A stretch of 63,471 bases of DNA, filler included, from Atractiella rhizophila (taxonomy: Eukaryota), in assembly GCA_021432655.1 (NCBI GenBank). It is 52 parts of 52 records of this genome, joined end to end, with 100 filler letters (N's around TTAATTAATTAA, not from the genome) between each part and the next. Parts side by side here need not be neighbours in the genome. Positions count along the whole stretch, not along the records: positions 37,418 to 38,530 come from MU273124.1; positions 38,631 to 39,742 come from MU273125.1; positions 39,843 to 40,947 come from MU273126.1; positions 41,048 to 42,150 come from MU273127.1; positions 42,251 to 43,353 come from MU273128.1; positions 43,454 to 44,555 come from MU273129.1; positions 44,656 to 45,752 come from MU273130.1; positions 45,853 to 46,949 come from MU273131.1; 44 more parts are not named here. One strand, given 5' to 3'. Below, in pieces: positions 37,418 to 48,142 of this stretch. Numbering within the stretch: the stretch's first letter is position 1; the number at the start of each line of letters is the position of its first letter. The notes beneath the pieces were generated by a model, which saw only the letters and a list, made by a program, of their open reading frames with translations, was not told the origin of the DNA and ran no database searches. The position numbers and the translations under genes were made by a program.

Positions 37418-38323
37418 GGAATCGACATTCTGCCTTTTATGATGGCCATTGTCGTCTTTTCTGCACTCTCCGGGGTGTTCATTACTGGTAAGTTTCTTTA
37501 CTCCATCTTTCTTTTATGCTGAGCTAAGATGACACAAGTTACCGGTCACTATTACTACGTCATTGTCCTCACCCCTGCATTGCTTTGCGTTGGGTCTGGT
37601 CTGCTCTACACGCTCAAGGGTGAGGTCATCTTCCCTTGACTGTATACACCTTTGATAAATGTGTATAGCTGATTCGTCGGATGCCAAACTGTATGGCTAT
37701 CAAGTTATCGCGGCTGGTGGAGTTGGTTGCGTCCTGCAGAACCTGTGAGCTGCCTTGTCGCTCATCTTTCTGGGTATTGACGACGACAATAGCATTATAG
37801 CGGTCCAGGCTAATGTGGAACATGAGAAGGATGTGCCACAAGCCACTGCTTTATTCAACTTCGTCCAATTGATAGGCGGAGTAATCGGTCTTTCCGTGTC
37901 GAACACTTTATTTGGAAACGAGCTCACAAAGGGCTTACACAAATTTGCCCCCGACGCACCATTCGATATTGTCCGATTCAGTGTTGAGGGAATTAAGCTC
38001 ATCGTAAGTCTACATCGACGTCCTTGGCTGCCACGCTAATGTAAACTTGCTGTGATAGGACCCAGCATTACGTCCTGGCGTAATAAAAGCCTACGTTTAC
38101 GCTTTAGACCACACATTCCTCTTTGGTCCGCACTTCCTCTTTTCTGACACATCTGGCTGACAAGGATGTGAAGGGATTGGCACAGGATTGGGTTGTATGA
38201 TCTGCTCAGCATTTATAAAGAACATCAGGTATGTTGTATCTCGCCAGTCAGAATAGACGAGACTGACTTTCCCTTCTTTACAACAGCATTAAGGGGAAAT
38301 CACTTGTCGCGGCAGCAGCCTAA
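37418..38323 (+). CDS. MFS drug:H+ antiporter (DHA2/Azr1-like), 3' part
   Basis: GIDILPF...TGHYY...VGSGLLYT...LYGYQVI...IIAVQA...FVQLIGGVIGLSV...VIKAY..AL, across about six short introns, ending in stop TAA. Confidence 0.9.
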
Positions 38324-41047
38324 CTGCGTTGCGTGGTTCAGCGATACCCTGATTCTCCTATGTCATTTATTGTTTTACTGATCACAGATTATCATATATA
38401 CCACACGTCATTAGTACATTGCCTGCGATAGATTGTTGGAAATGCATGGACTGTTCATAACATGAATTATTTCAGTTCGTGCAAGACTTCCACATCCAAG
38501 GAAACAGTCGCACACCCCGCAGGAACAACGNNNNNNNNNNNNNNNNNNNNNNNNNNNNNNNNNNNNNNNNNNNNTTAATTAATTAANNNNNNNNNNNNNN
38601 NNNNNNNNNNNNNNNNNNNNNNNNNNNNNNAGAGGATTGCTCGAATGAGTACTCACAAGTTTATGTCGAAAGTTTTATTGGACGCTCTGGAGGACGAGAA
38701 GGGAACATGGCGAAGCCGGACAGACAAGGCAGTTTCTCGGGACACTCTTCTTTCCAGCAGCAAGAGGAAAAGGTTACCATAGAAGCAGATGGAAACAAGA
38801 GGCTGAGGAGTTCTAACACTCGATAACATTCGGGTTGTAAACTTCACCGATGCGGAATAGAGAAACAGGATTTTCAGTGAATTTACAGAAAAATTCTAGA
38901 AGAGTTTGGCAATCAAAGAGAGAGAGGCTGTGAAACTTGCAAATGTCTTTAAATTTTGAAAAGTGCATGCAGCCGTTTCAAGTATAGTGTCGCGAGCAGA
39001 CCGCCCGACAAACTGGTAGGCCGTGGGGTTATTTTTAATATTCATTTTGAATATACTGCTGATGCTTGACTCGAGAACAAGCCTCGGTAGTATTGAAACT
39101 TGAGTGCCTCATCCATCTGCGCCTTCTGCTCTGACATCACAGCCAACCTCGATATCATATCCGAGCTTGTACCTAAAGAAGGGTTTGCTTCTGCAGGAAC
39201 CTTACATCACTAGTGTCAGTCTCTTCCGTTTTACCCAGGCTGGCGCCCTTTCTCTACGTCTCCCTCCGCTCGTTCTGCCATTTTAGTCAACTCTGAGACG
39301 ATTCACAGCTCATCCATCTCTTTATTATTCTTCTAAGAGCGTTGGGTTTCTTGGCGTGAGTCATAAGACGCACTGTTGAGCCCTCACACCTCCCACACCA
39401 TGCACAGTAGAATGAAATGAACTATACCATCATAACTCATATGCTTGCCCCTTTCTGAACCTGCAAGGAAATTTTATTCTGAAAGGGTTGAAAAAAATGC
39501 GTTTTGTGCTGGGCTCGAACCCTTGAAAGCAAGGGAAATAGCCACCACTGTCCCCGCAATTCCGCCGCAGCAGCCCCGCAATAAACCAAATTCTGCCGCA
39601 GCAGCGGTGCCCAGAATTGCCCTGCATGCAATTTTTTTTAGCATGGCTTGATCTTTTCTCTGATCTCAGGTTGTGTGCCAAAGTTGGCTTTTGCCTTTCA
39701 TGAGGGAAGGAAAGGACTGATATGTAAGTGAAATATAGTCTGNNNNNNNNNNNNNNNNNNNNNNNNNNNNNNNNNNNNNNNNNNNNTTAATTAATTAANN
39801 NNNNNNNNNNNNNNNNNNNNNNNNNNNNNNNNNNNNNNNNNNAGGGCTACTGTGAGTAACCAAAGTGGTGGCTTGGCAATTATGACCAGACAACTGTTTA
39901 ATTGGGCAACGAGAGCGAGAAGTCCACACAAACGCGCCGTTGCCCTTGGTCCTGCATACTTCGTGCGTGACACTGAGATGGTGCCAAAAAGAATTCACTG
40001 TAGGATATAAACGTTTCCAAAGAGGATGCACAGGCTACGGTCTGCCTCTTTGGGCGTGCTGGAACATCAAAGAGATAAAAATAAAAAATACCGAGTACTC
40101 AAAAAGGTTTCAGACCGTAAATTGCTGAATTGGTGCCCTAGACCAAGAAGCAATCTGAAGCAAACATCTAGCTTGTAAAAATGCTTGACAGAGTTGGGCT
40201 TCAGCTATCTCATGGTCTTGAGCATGAGTTGTTACCAGCTGTTCCTCTGTGACAGCAATGTGGTACGGTATGTTCCATCCAAAATACGTCGCTTACTGAT
40301 GTGCAAAGGACGACGACGACAGGCTCCACGAGCAATGGTTGCTAAAGAAGGTTCTTATGGGCCAGAATCAAGGATCCCAGACAAGTATGCAATGAACGAA
40401 GCTTTTGTTTTTATTTTCCTGTCACTCACTCCCTGCCAGTAATCCCAAAAACGATTATTCATGGTGTTTAACCGATCGAAAGAGTTTCTTGTCGCTTGTG
40501 CAGTGCACCAAGCAGCAAATAGAACCGATCATGGCAGAGACTCATAGTTGCGAAGCTAGCCCACTTCTGGAATTGTGGACTGAGTTGTGGCGATCGATCG
40601 ACACAGAACACCGAACGTCGAGGAACACGAGAAGGCATATCAAGAAACGAGGCTGTTTCCTGGAGTGTGGCTGGAGAAGCAATCTCGATGCATTTCGCTT
40701 GGAACTTTGATTGGCGAGTGGGTCTGCTGAGACCAACGAAGGGTGAAGGGAAGGAAAAGAAGAACACACTATTGGTTTCCAGCATCATGTCCTAAGGCCA
40801 ATTGCTCAACATCCTCCTTCATGTCTCCATGTCCTGAGGCTTCCTTTGAGCTTGAAGAAGCGCGCGAGGTCGCAGGATGGCGCGGCGGCAATGCAGAGCG
40901 GGAAGCGGAGACGGCGATTGAGCGATTGAGGATGGCAGTTCGGAACANNNNNNNNNNNNNNNNNNNNNNNNNNNNNNNNNNNNNNNNNNNNTTAATTAAT
41001 TAANNNNNNNNNNNNNNNNNNNNNNNNNNNNNNNNNNNNNNNNNNNN

Positions 41048-41586
41048 CAGGTAATCCATTAGGTATTACTGCTAATGTTGAAAGAACACCAATACATCCT
41101 TATTTTACTTTTAAAGATTTAATTACTATTTTTTTATTTTTATTAATTTTTAGTTTTATAATTTTTTATTATCCTAATTTATTAGGACATAGTGATAATT
41201 ATATTCCTGCTAATCCTATAGTGACACCTGCTTCAATTGTACCTGAATGATATTTATTACCTTTTTATTGTATTTTAAGAGCTATTCCTAATAAATTATT
41301 AGGTGTTATTGGTATATTTGCTAGTTTAATTATTTTATTATTTATAGGTTTATTAGATTTATCAATAAAAAGAGGTAATGAATTTAGACCTATTTTTAAA
41401 TTCTCTTTATGTGGTTTATATTCAGTATTTTTTATTTTAATAATATTAGGTGCTAGACATGTTGAACAACCTTATGTTATTTTAGGACAAATTTTTACTT
41501 TATTATATTTTTTATGATTTTTAAATTTACCTATTTTAAGTTTAATTGAAGGTACTATAGAAGATTTTTTATATAAAAATAAATAA
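41048..41586 (+). CDS. cob: Mitochondrial cytochrome b, 3' half (TGA=Trp; ATA apparently Met)
   Basis: GNPLG...HPYFTFKD...[28 protein letters not shown]; open for 178 codons when TGA (41248, 41515) is read as Trp. The contig is very AT-rich. Confidence 0.97.
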
Positions 41587-43453
41587 ATTTAAATTTAATA
41601 TAAAATAAATAGATTCATTGAGGAAAAGAAAAAAAAAAATAGATTTAAATTTTCTATTTATAAATATCTTCAATAGAAATTAAAAAAAATTTTTTTTTTT
41701 TATTTAATAAAAGAAAAGAAATATAATTTAATATAGAATATAAAATAAAATAAAATTATTTTATAACCATAAAATAATTTGTGAAGATTTGTATTACCTT
41801 TATACTATTCATTTATATACCTAAATATGGTTTAAAAAGTAGCCTTGCTAAGGCTAAATTAGATCTCTGACTATATGCTCAAATTATATTCTACTCTATA
41901 ATTACCTACATCTACTATTTTACTTTATAATCATCATATTTTATATATATTCATTTGATATTTTATATATACTATAATTATAAGAATTCCATTTCATAAT
42001 AATTATAACAAATAAGAATACATAATAATTACAAGCTATATATCTTATAAATACTAGATTTTATATGATAGACTGCGTAATATATTATCATTCTTATGTA
42101 TTTTATTAAAATGTATCATAATTCATATTTTATAACAACAACAGAATTTTNNNNNNNNNNNNNNNNNNNNNNNNNNNNNNNNNNNNNNNNNNNNTTAATT
42201 AATTAANNNNNNNNNNNNNNNNNNNNNNNNNNNNNNNNNNNNNNNNNNNNCAAAGAAGTTTCCAGCTAAGACTTACCATAGAGCGACAGCCGACATGTTT
42301 AAAGAATTGGCGGGAGACAGCAAAAAGACAAGTCCGTCGTTTCTTGACGCTCACAAAAAATTTGTGCGGAACCGAAAGTCGCATTTTCGATCACAACTAT
42401 CCGGTGTTTTGGACCAATTTTCTGTCATCATTTTATTTCTGCATCTTTCTTTCTGGGTTACAGTAAGTAGGCAGCCTACTTCACAAATCTCTTAGTGCCC
42501 ATGGTGAAAATGTGTAAGGGAGAAGCTTGAATTTGCCCGTGAGTGCTCTAAGTCTCAGTCAGTTGTCAGTCCCGTTTCAGCTTGGTCCCTCAACTGCGCA
42601 TCAACTCCGACTCATGCGGTCACACTTTGTTCAAGTCCCGACTCAACTCTACTACTTTAACATCTTCGTTCTTCATCCTGCAAACTTGTCATGAGGTCTG
42701 ATTATGAGCGGAATATAGGGAATGAAATCCCATCGCTCTTCCCCTTTGAGCACAACTTATTTTGGAAGCTCGAGTTCGAAGTAAGTGATACTTTTGTGAT
42801 TCGGCATGCATGGCCTAGTCTGAGATAACCAGACCAGACAAGGACAGCTCAACGCTATTTGAGCCTTTATCGTTGTAACCTTGCCTCCTATACACACTTG
42901 GATTCAGACGAAGGAACATCAGGTCCTTGTTGATATGTCATATCTTCAAGATACAGATACATCGTCTTCGAAACGCTTATTTGACTTGGCCCAAAATCAC
43001 CACCTGGTCTCATGTCACAGCTGTTCAAACTGGGTGTGTTGCAGGTACTGTTGACCACCGCACCACTCAGCCAAAACTTTGGCACTACTTTCATCCTTCA
43101 ATCTACTCCTAATCCCAATAGAAGACAGCTGTGCCTTCTATTCCATCGTCACGACTGCGTTTGAGCATTCGTGTCGTCTGGAGTGTACTATGGTTATTTT
43201 ATTGATCCTGTCACTCGGTCATACTGCCCCAATTCGTTCAAGGCAAATGCCGAAGGTTTTAAACAAGCATTCAAGCTCAAGGTCCTGTATCCATTCGAGT
43301 CTTCAGTCATCTGAAGCTTGATCCTGCTTCGACTCAACAGTATTACTTGATGCNNNNNNNNNNNNNNNNNNNNNNNNNNNNNNNNNNNNNNNNNNNNTTA
43401 ATTAATTAANNNNNNNNNNNNNNNNNNNNNNNNNNNNNNNNNNNNNNNNNNNN

Positions 43454-44446
43454 CTTTCGACAAACTGCTTCCAACCTGCAAGGAAGAACTTTGCTCTCAA
43501 GGCCATTTCCACACGCTCAATCAACTGTAGCCTTCGATTCTCCCATGCATCCAGCAATTCTCCATGGACAAAGTTATAAACAATGAGACCCAACTCTTCA
43601 GAGCGAGTTTCTACGAGGTGCTCCAGAAGCAGAGCAGAGAATACGCGAGCAGCTGAACGGTCATCTTGTCGATCACTACCTTCGATGTTGCGATGGAGGA
43701 GTGGTCGCTGGTTTGTTTCTGAAAATGCGATGTCATAAAGTTAGGCACAATAGACAGTATAGTCTCCTAACACAAGAATACGGGCGCCTGTTGTGCCGTT
43801 GTTGTGAGCAGTTTTGACGCCATGTTTGTAATCCTGAAGTGTCACAAGCAGGTTTTGCTGTCGTGGTGTGTAGCCTCGAATGTGAGCTCCTTCTGAGGTC
43901 CTGGAAGGAAGGGTGCCGATGTACTATATCGAGCAGATGGATAGGAAGCATGAAACAAGTGTTGCGCCTGGCGCTTGCTTTCTGTTCCATCTGAGCAGTA
44001 AGAGATGATGCGCAGATGACTTGGCGATGAACTCAAACAGTTTGCATTGCAGAGTTGCTAGAGCAGTGGCAGGGTTTTTAGATGAGATTGGCAGAAGTGC
44101 TAGAAAGGTTGGAGGAATATCCGGGAGTGGTATATTGAGAAGGTAGAGACGAATCTAGTAAATTGTCGACAGCGATTCAAGTAAACAATAATGAGCAGAC
44201 CTTGGTTGCCAGCTCTCCACCATGCACCTCTCTCAGCACCTGTTCACGTGTTTCCACCGTAAACTCCTTTGGCTCCCCAACTCCCCCAACAAAGTACCAA
44301 ATCTTCTTCCCGTCAACAATGTCATTACAGGGTCGCACATCAGGGTGGCACTCGGTGTCATCGACTGAAATCCCTAATGGACCAGTGTATTTGAGTTTCT
44401 GTAAATGTTCTGCTACCATCACAAAGTTGCGCTCTGTAATCCCTGG
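43454..44446 (-). mobile_element. Degenerate P-element-superfamily transposase, copy 2 (catalytic core)
   Basis: GISVDDTE...ISYCSDGTE...LQDYKHGVKTAHNN...DRQDDRSAARVFS. This gives D...DG...D-x-x-H-x-x-K-x-x-(R)N, typical of P/THAP9 transposases. One stop, a frameshift, and an interruption at 44447. Confidence 0.75.
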
Positions 44447-44555
44447 TGTTAGGGTGGACACTGTAGTGGAGATAAACCTAAGGGCATGATATGACATGAA
44501 GACTAACCTGTAGTGGAGATAAACCTAAGAGAATACTCTAAGGTCACCTCCACTA
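44447..44555. mobile_element. End of an element (starts TGTTAGGG, LTR-like) inserted into the P-like transposase
   Basis: Transposase homology stops abruptly at 44446. CTGTAGTGGAGATAAACCTAAG is repeated at 44461-44482 and 44508-44529. Homologous to 20-161. Confidence 0.65.
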
Positions 44556-44957
44556 NNNNNNNNNNNNNNNNNNNNNNNNNNNNNNNNNNNNNNNNNNNNT
44601 TAATTAATTAANNNNNNNNNNNNNNNNNNNNNNNNNNNNNNNNNNNNNNNNNNNNGTGCTCTCCTCGCATACCAGTAGACCAAAATTATTCGAGGATTTC
44701 TTTCTTTTGCGCCATCTTGCCCTCGAAAGCGAATGTTCAAGCAAGCGGCCCCACCCACCCACATCGCATCTTGGTACAGTTCTCTTTGCATCGCAGGAAA
44801 GAGAAAGAAAGAGCGAGAGTGGATGGACGACCTGGTGCCCACCATATTCCCGACGATCCCGATCGCGATGAACAAAGCAAACCTAAGCACGTATCTGCCC
44901 GCGGTATTCTGTAAATTTTGTGTGTACAGGGCCGATAGAGGAAGGAGGAGATTGCGG

Positions 44958-45062
44958 TCCAAAGCGGCTGTTCATTCTTTCACCATGTCGCTTCGTGCGG
45001 ATTTGAAGGCAACTGGCCATCGCGTTCAGGTAGTGGAGTCCATGCAGCGGTCGTCAACTTAG
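44958..45062 (+). pseudogene. Short-chain dehydrogenase fragment
   Basis: SKAAVHSFTMSLRADLKATGHRVQVVE is the SDR segment after the catalytic Tyr. The Tyr and upstream motifs are missing, and it ends early. Confidence 0.5.
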
Positions 45063-45852
45063 TGTCCCTTGCAAGAACGAACGTGGGAGGTTGCGATGTA
45101 CAAACTAAGTAAGGGTAAAGGGGGGGCAAGGGGAACGTCGACGCATTTTTGCGAGAACAATGTGTTGTCGATTTCCAATAACGTTTGCACCTTTTCTCTT
45201 TCTCCAGAGCTCATTATCAAAATTGCATTTCCCAAGAAGACTGTGCGTCAAGCAATTTATCGGATTAGATTTTCGTCTTGAAGAAGAGGAGGTATGGGAA
45301 CCCGCAGAGGATCATGGATGCTCGTTTATCATCTCCTTCTTGGTGAGTTACACTGAAGAATGAAGCACGCTCCTCGGACTCGGAAGCTACGCTGTAGTTC
45401 CTCTCGTTGAAGACCACTCGCTTAAAATACGATTGGTCTGAGAGCGATCGTCTGATGGTGCAATTGAGGCCACTGGCTGAAGAAGAGGGGAAACTTGACG
45501 GACGACGATGTAGAGAGCTTTTTGCCATGGAGATGGATAGGTCGAACAAATGTCTATAACAATGAGTTACTACGTTGTTGTGATTTTTGCTTACTTGTAA
45601 CGATTACTTGACGAAATTAAATTTGTGTGAACAATGACATCGTTGCTCTATTCCTCACCTGCCTCTTTTCTCCTCTCAAGCTCCATCTGCCAAATCAGCT
45701 TTTGCCTCGCCCTCTCCTCCTTCCTCTCCACCTCCTCACTCTCCTTCTTCTGNNNNNNNNNNNNNNNNNNNNNNNNNNNNNNNNNNNNNNNNNNNNTTAA
45801 TTAATTAANNNNNNNNNNNNNNNNNNNNNNNNNNNNNNNNNNNNNNNNNNNN

Positions 45853-46949
45853 TATATATATAATACTAAATATATATCTATTACCTTTTATGCAATATAA
45901 AGAGCAATATCTAATAAAAGATTAGGAGTAATAACGATGTTAGGATCAATATTAATATTAACAATAATATCATATTTACATAATCATATTTTAATTTATC
46001 TAAGTTTAGACTTATATATTTATATTATATTTAAATCATCCTATGATATTTATATTAGGTTTTGTAGTTTTATTAATTATTAGAGGTTTAAATAATGTTG
46101 TTTTAGCTATATTTAAGAGTATTACCAAATTTTATTATATAGTAAACTGTATCAATGATCTTCTTACCATTAATTAAATATTATTATAAAAGATATATTT
46201 AAAATAAAATATAAAATATAAAATATATTATTTATATAGATAATATATTATTATTATTATTATTAATTATTATTATAATTAGTATATATATAAATATAAC
46301 AAAAATAGTAACCAAAGAGATTGTTAAATGGATATAAGCGAATATGGAAAAAGGGGTGGTCTAAATAGCGTTAACGAAATTAATAAGATTATTAATGCGT
46401 TTTTTTACCAAATATATTCTAATATATAACCCTAAAAGAAATTCAAGTAAACAAATTTTTTTACTTCAATTTATTAAATAATAAAAATTAAAAAAATTTA
46501 TTATTTATTAAATAATATTTGTTTAATTACATTCTGAACCAAAACAGCGTAGTAAGAATAGGAATAAAAATCAAAAGAGATTTCAAAAGTAGTGACGAAC
46601 GAAATTGAAATTAAGCAAAAATATTAATTTAAATTATAATATTCATTTAACTATTATTTTATTTATAATAAAATGAATATAAATTATTAATATAACATAC
46701 TTTATCTTATATATTTATAAATATAAATATAAATATAAATATATAAGTAATAAAAAATTAATTTTTTATGAATTATTAAAAAAAAAAATAAAACTTTTTA
46801 AGAAAGATATATTCTTATTATTTATTATAAATTAAGGTATTATGCCTATATTATTTATAATAGATCTATTCTAATAAAATAGAATATATAATATCTAATA
46901 TTATATAATAGAGATAAGAATGATTTAAACCATAGAAGGAATGTTATAT
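45853..46949. other. Extremely AT-rich mitochondrial-type contig
   Basis: Composition resembles 41048-42150 and contrasts with the nuclear contigs. Contains a cob remnant. Confidence 0.8.
45875..46140 (+). pseudogene. cob: Decayed second cytochrome b fragment
   Basis: YLLPF-(Y)AI*RAISNKRLGVITMLGSILILTIISYLH...FILGFVVLLII, with frameshifts and a stop. Confidence 0.75.
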
Positions 46950-47049
46950 NNNNNNNNNNNNNNNNNNNNNNNNNNNNNNNNNNNNNNNNNNNNTTAATTA
47001 ATTAANNNNNNNNNNNNNNNNNNNNNNNNNNNNNNNNNNNNNNNNNNNN

Positions 47050-48142
47050 GTTCCTATTCCACTGAAGTGGGTGTTAAGCAAGAAGAGGAAGTTGGGGGGC
47101 GAATTTCTGAAATATAAGGCGCGACTAGTTGCCCTTGGAAATAAACAGGTGGAGGGTCGAGATTTTACGGAAACCTACGCTCCGACGGTACGCATGTCCA
47201 CAATCAGAGTTGTCCTTGCGCTTGCTGCCATAAACGGATGGACCCTGGGACAGTTTGACGTTGGAAATGCATTCTTACATGGAGAATTGGAGGAAGAGAT
47301 ATATGTCCAGGAGCCACCGGGCCTTGTTGATCCCGAACATCCTGACTAGGTTTACCGAGTAAAGAAGAGTCTCTACGGGTTGCGACAGGCGGGGAAGAGT
47401 TGGAACGAAGAATACAGCATGATGATGAAGGAGGATGAATTCGTGAAATCACAGGCTGATCACGGAATGTATGTTAGACAGGATCATAGGGGACTGTTAA
47501 TAGTACTCTTACACGTGGATGATGGACTCGTTGCATCGACGTCGACGGATTTGCGAGACAGTTTGATGAAGAAAATGGTGGCGGTCTTCAAGAGAGTTAC
47601 ACACGGCGAAGTTGGAGAGTACCTTGGGATGCGGATTACCCAGGATCGCGAGAATCGGCATATAACGATGGATCAGATCTACTACATCGGGAGATGTATT
47701 GCGAAATACGGTTTCAGGACCATTCTGTTGTCAGCACACCTTGCGATCCAAAGGACAAGTTGACAAACGATATGTCACCGAAGACTGAACGGGAGAAGGC
47801 GGAAATGGGAGGGATACCATTCTCGGAGGCAGTTGGTGCGTTGATGTATCTGGCAGTCAACACGCGGCCAGACATTCTATATGCTGTAAATCGAGTGAGT
47901 AGGTATATGATAAACCCGGGGATGGGACATTGGAAGGCAGTAACGAGGATTTACCGATATTTGAAAGGGACGACCGGAAGGGTTTTGAGATGGGATGGGA
48001 AGGGTACATCGACTGAACTGGTGGGCTGGTGCGATGCGGATCATACGGCGGACATCGACAGTAGACGGTCGATATCTGGTTGCCATTTCAATCTGGCGGG
48101 CGGGATGGTCTCTTGTTTTTCGACTGCTCAGAAATCGGTAGC
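47050..48142 (+). mobile_element. Ty1/copia LTR retrotransposon pol (RT to start of RNase H), disrupted
   Basis: KYKARLVALG...ETYAP...QFDVGNAFLHG...KSLYGLRQAG...LHVDDGL...TRPDI...GWCDAD...RRSISG. TAG at 47347 replaces Trp; frameshift near 47710. Confidence 0.97.

Noticed and set aside
39495..39560. tRNA or SINE on the minus strand (GGTTCGAGCCC B-box-like, followed by a T run)
   Set aside because: No acceptor stem, D arm or anticodon arm could be folded.
41048..41586. ATA excess explained by RIP-type TG>TA mutation of a nuclear copy
   Set aside because: The frame has no premature TAA or TAG, many TG and CA dinucleotides persist (including CAA and CAT codons), and conserved residues are intact. 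Considered unlikely, but it needs read depth to exclude formally.
41587..42150. Homing endonuclease or plasmid polymerase remnant downstream of cob
   Set aside because: No LAGLIDADG, GIY-YIG or DNA polymerase B motif was readable. Only a small hairpin, TAGCCTT-GCT-AAGGCTA (41840-41856), is evident.
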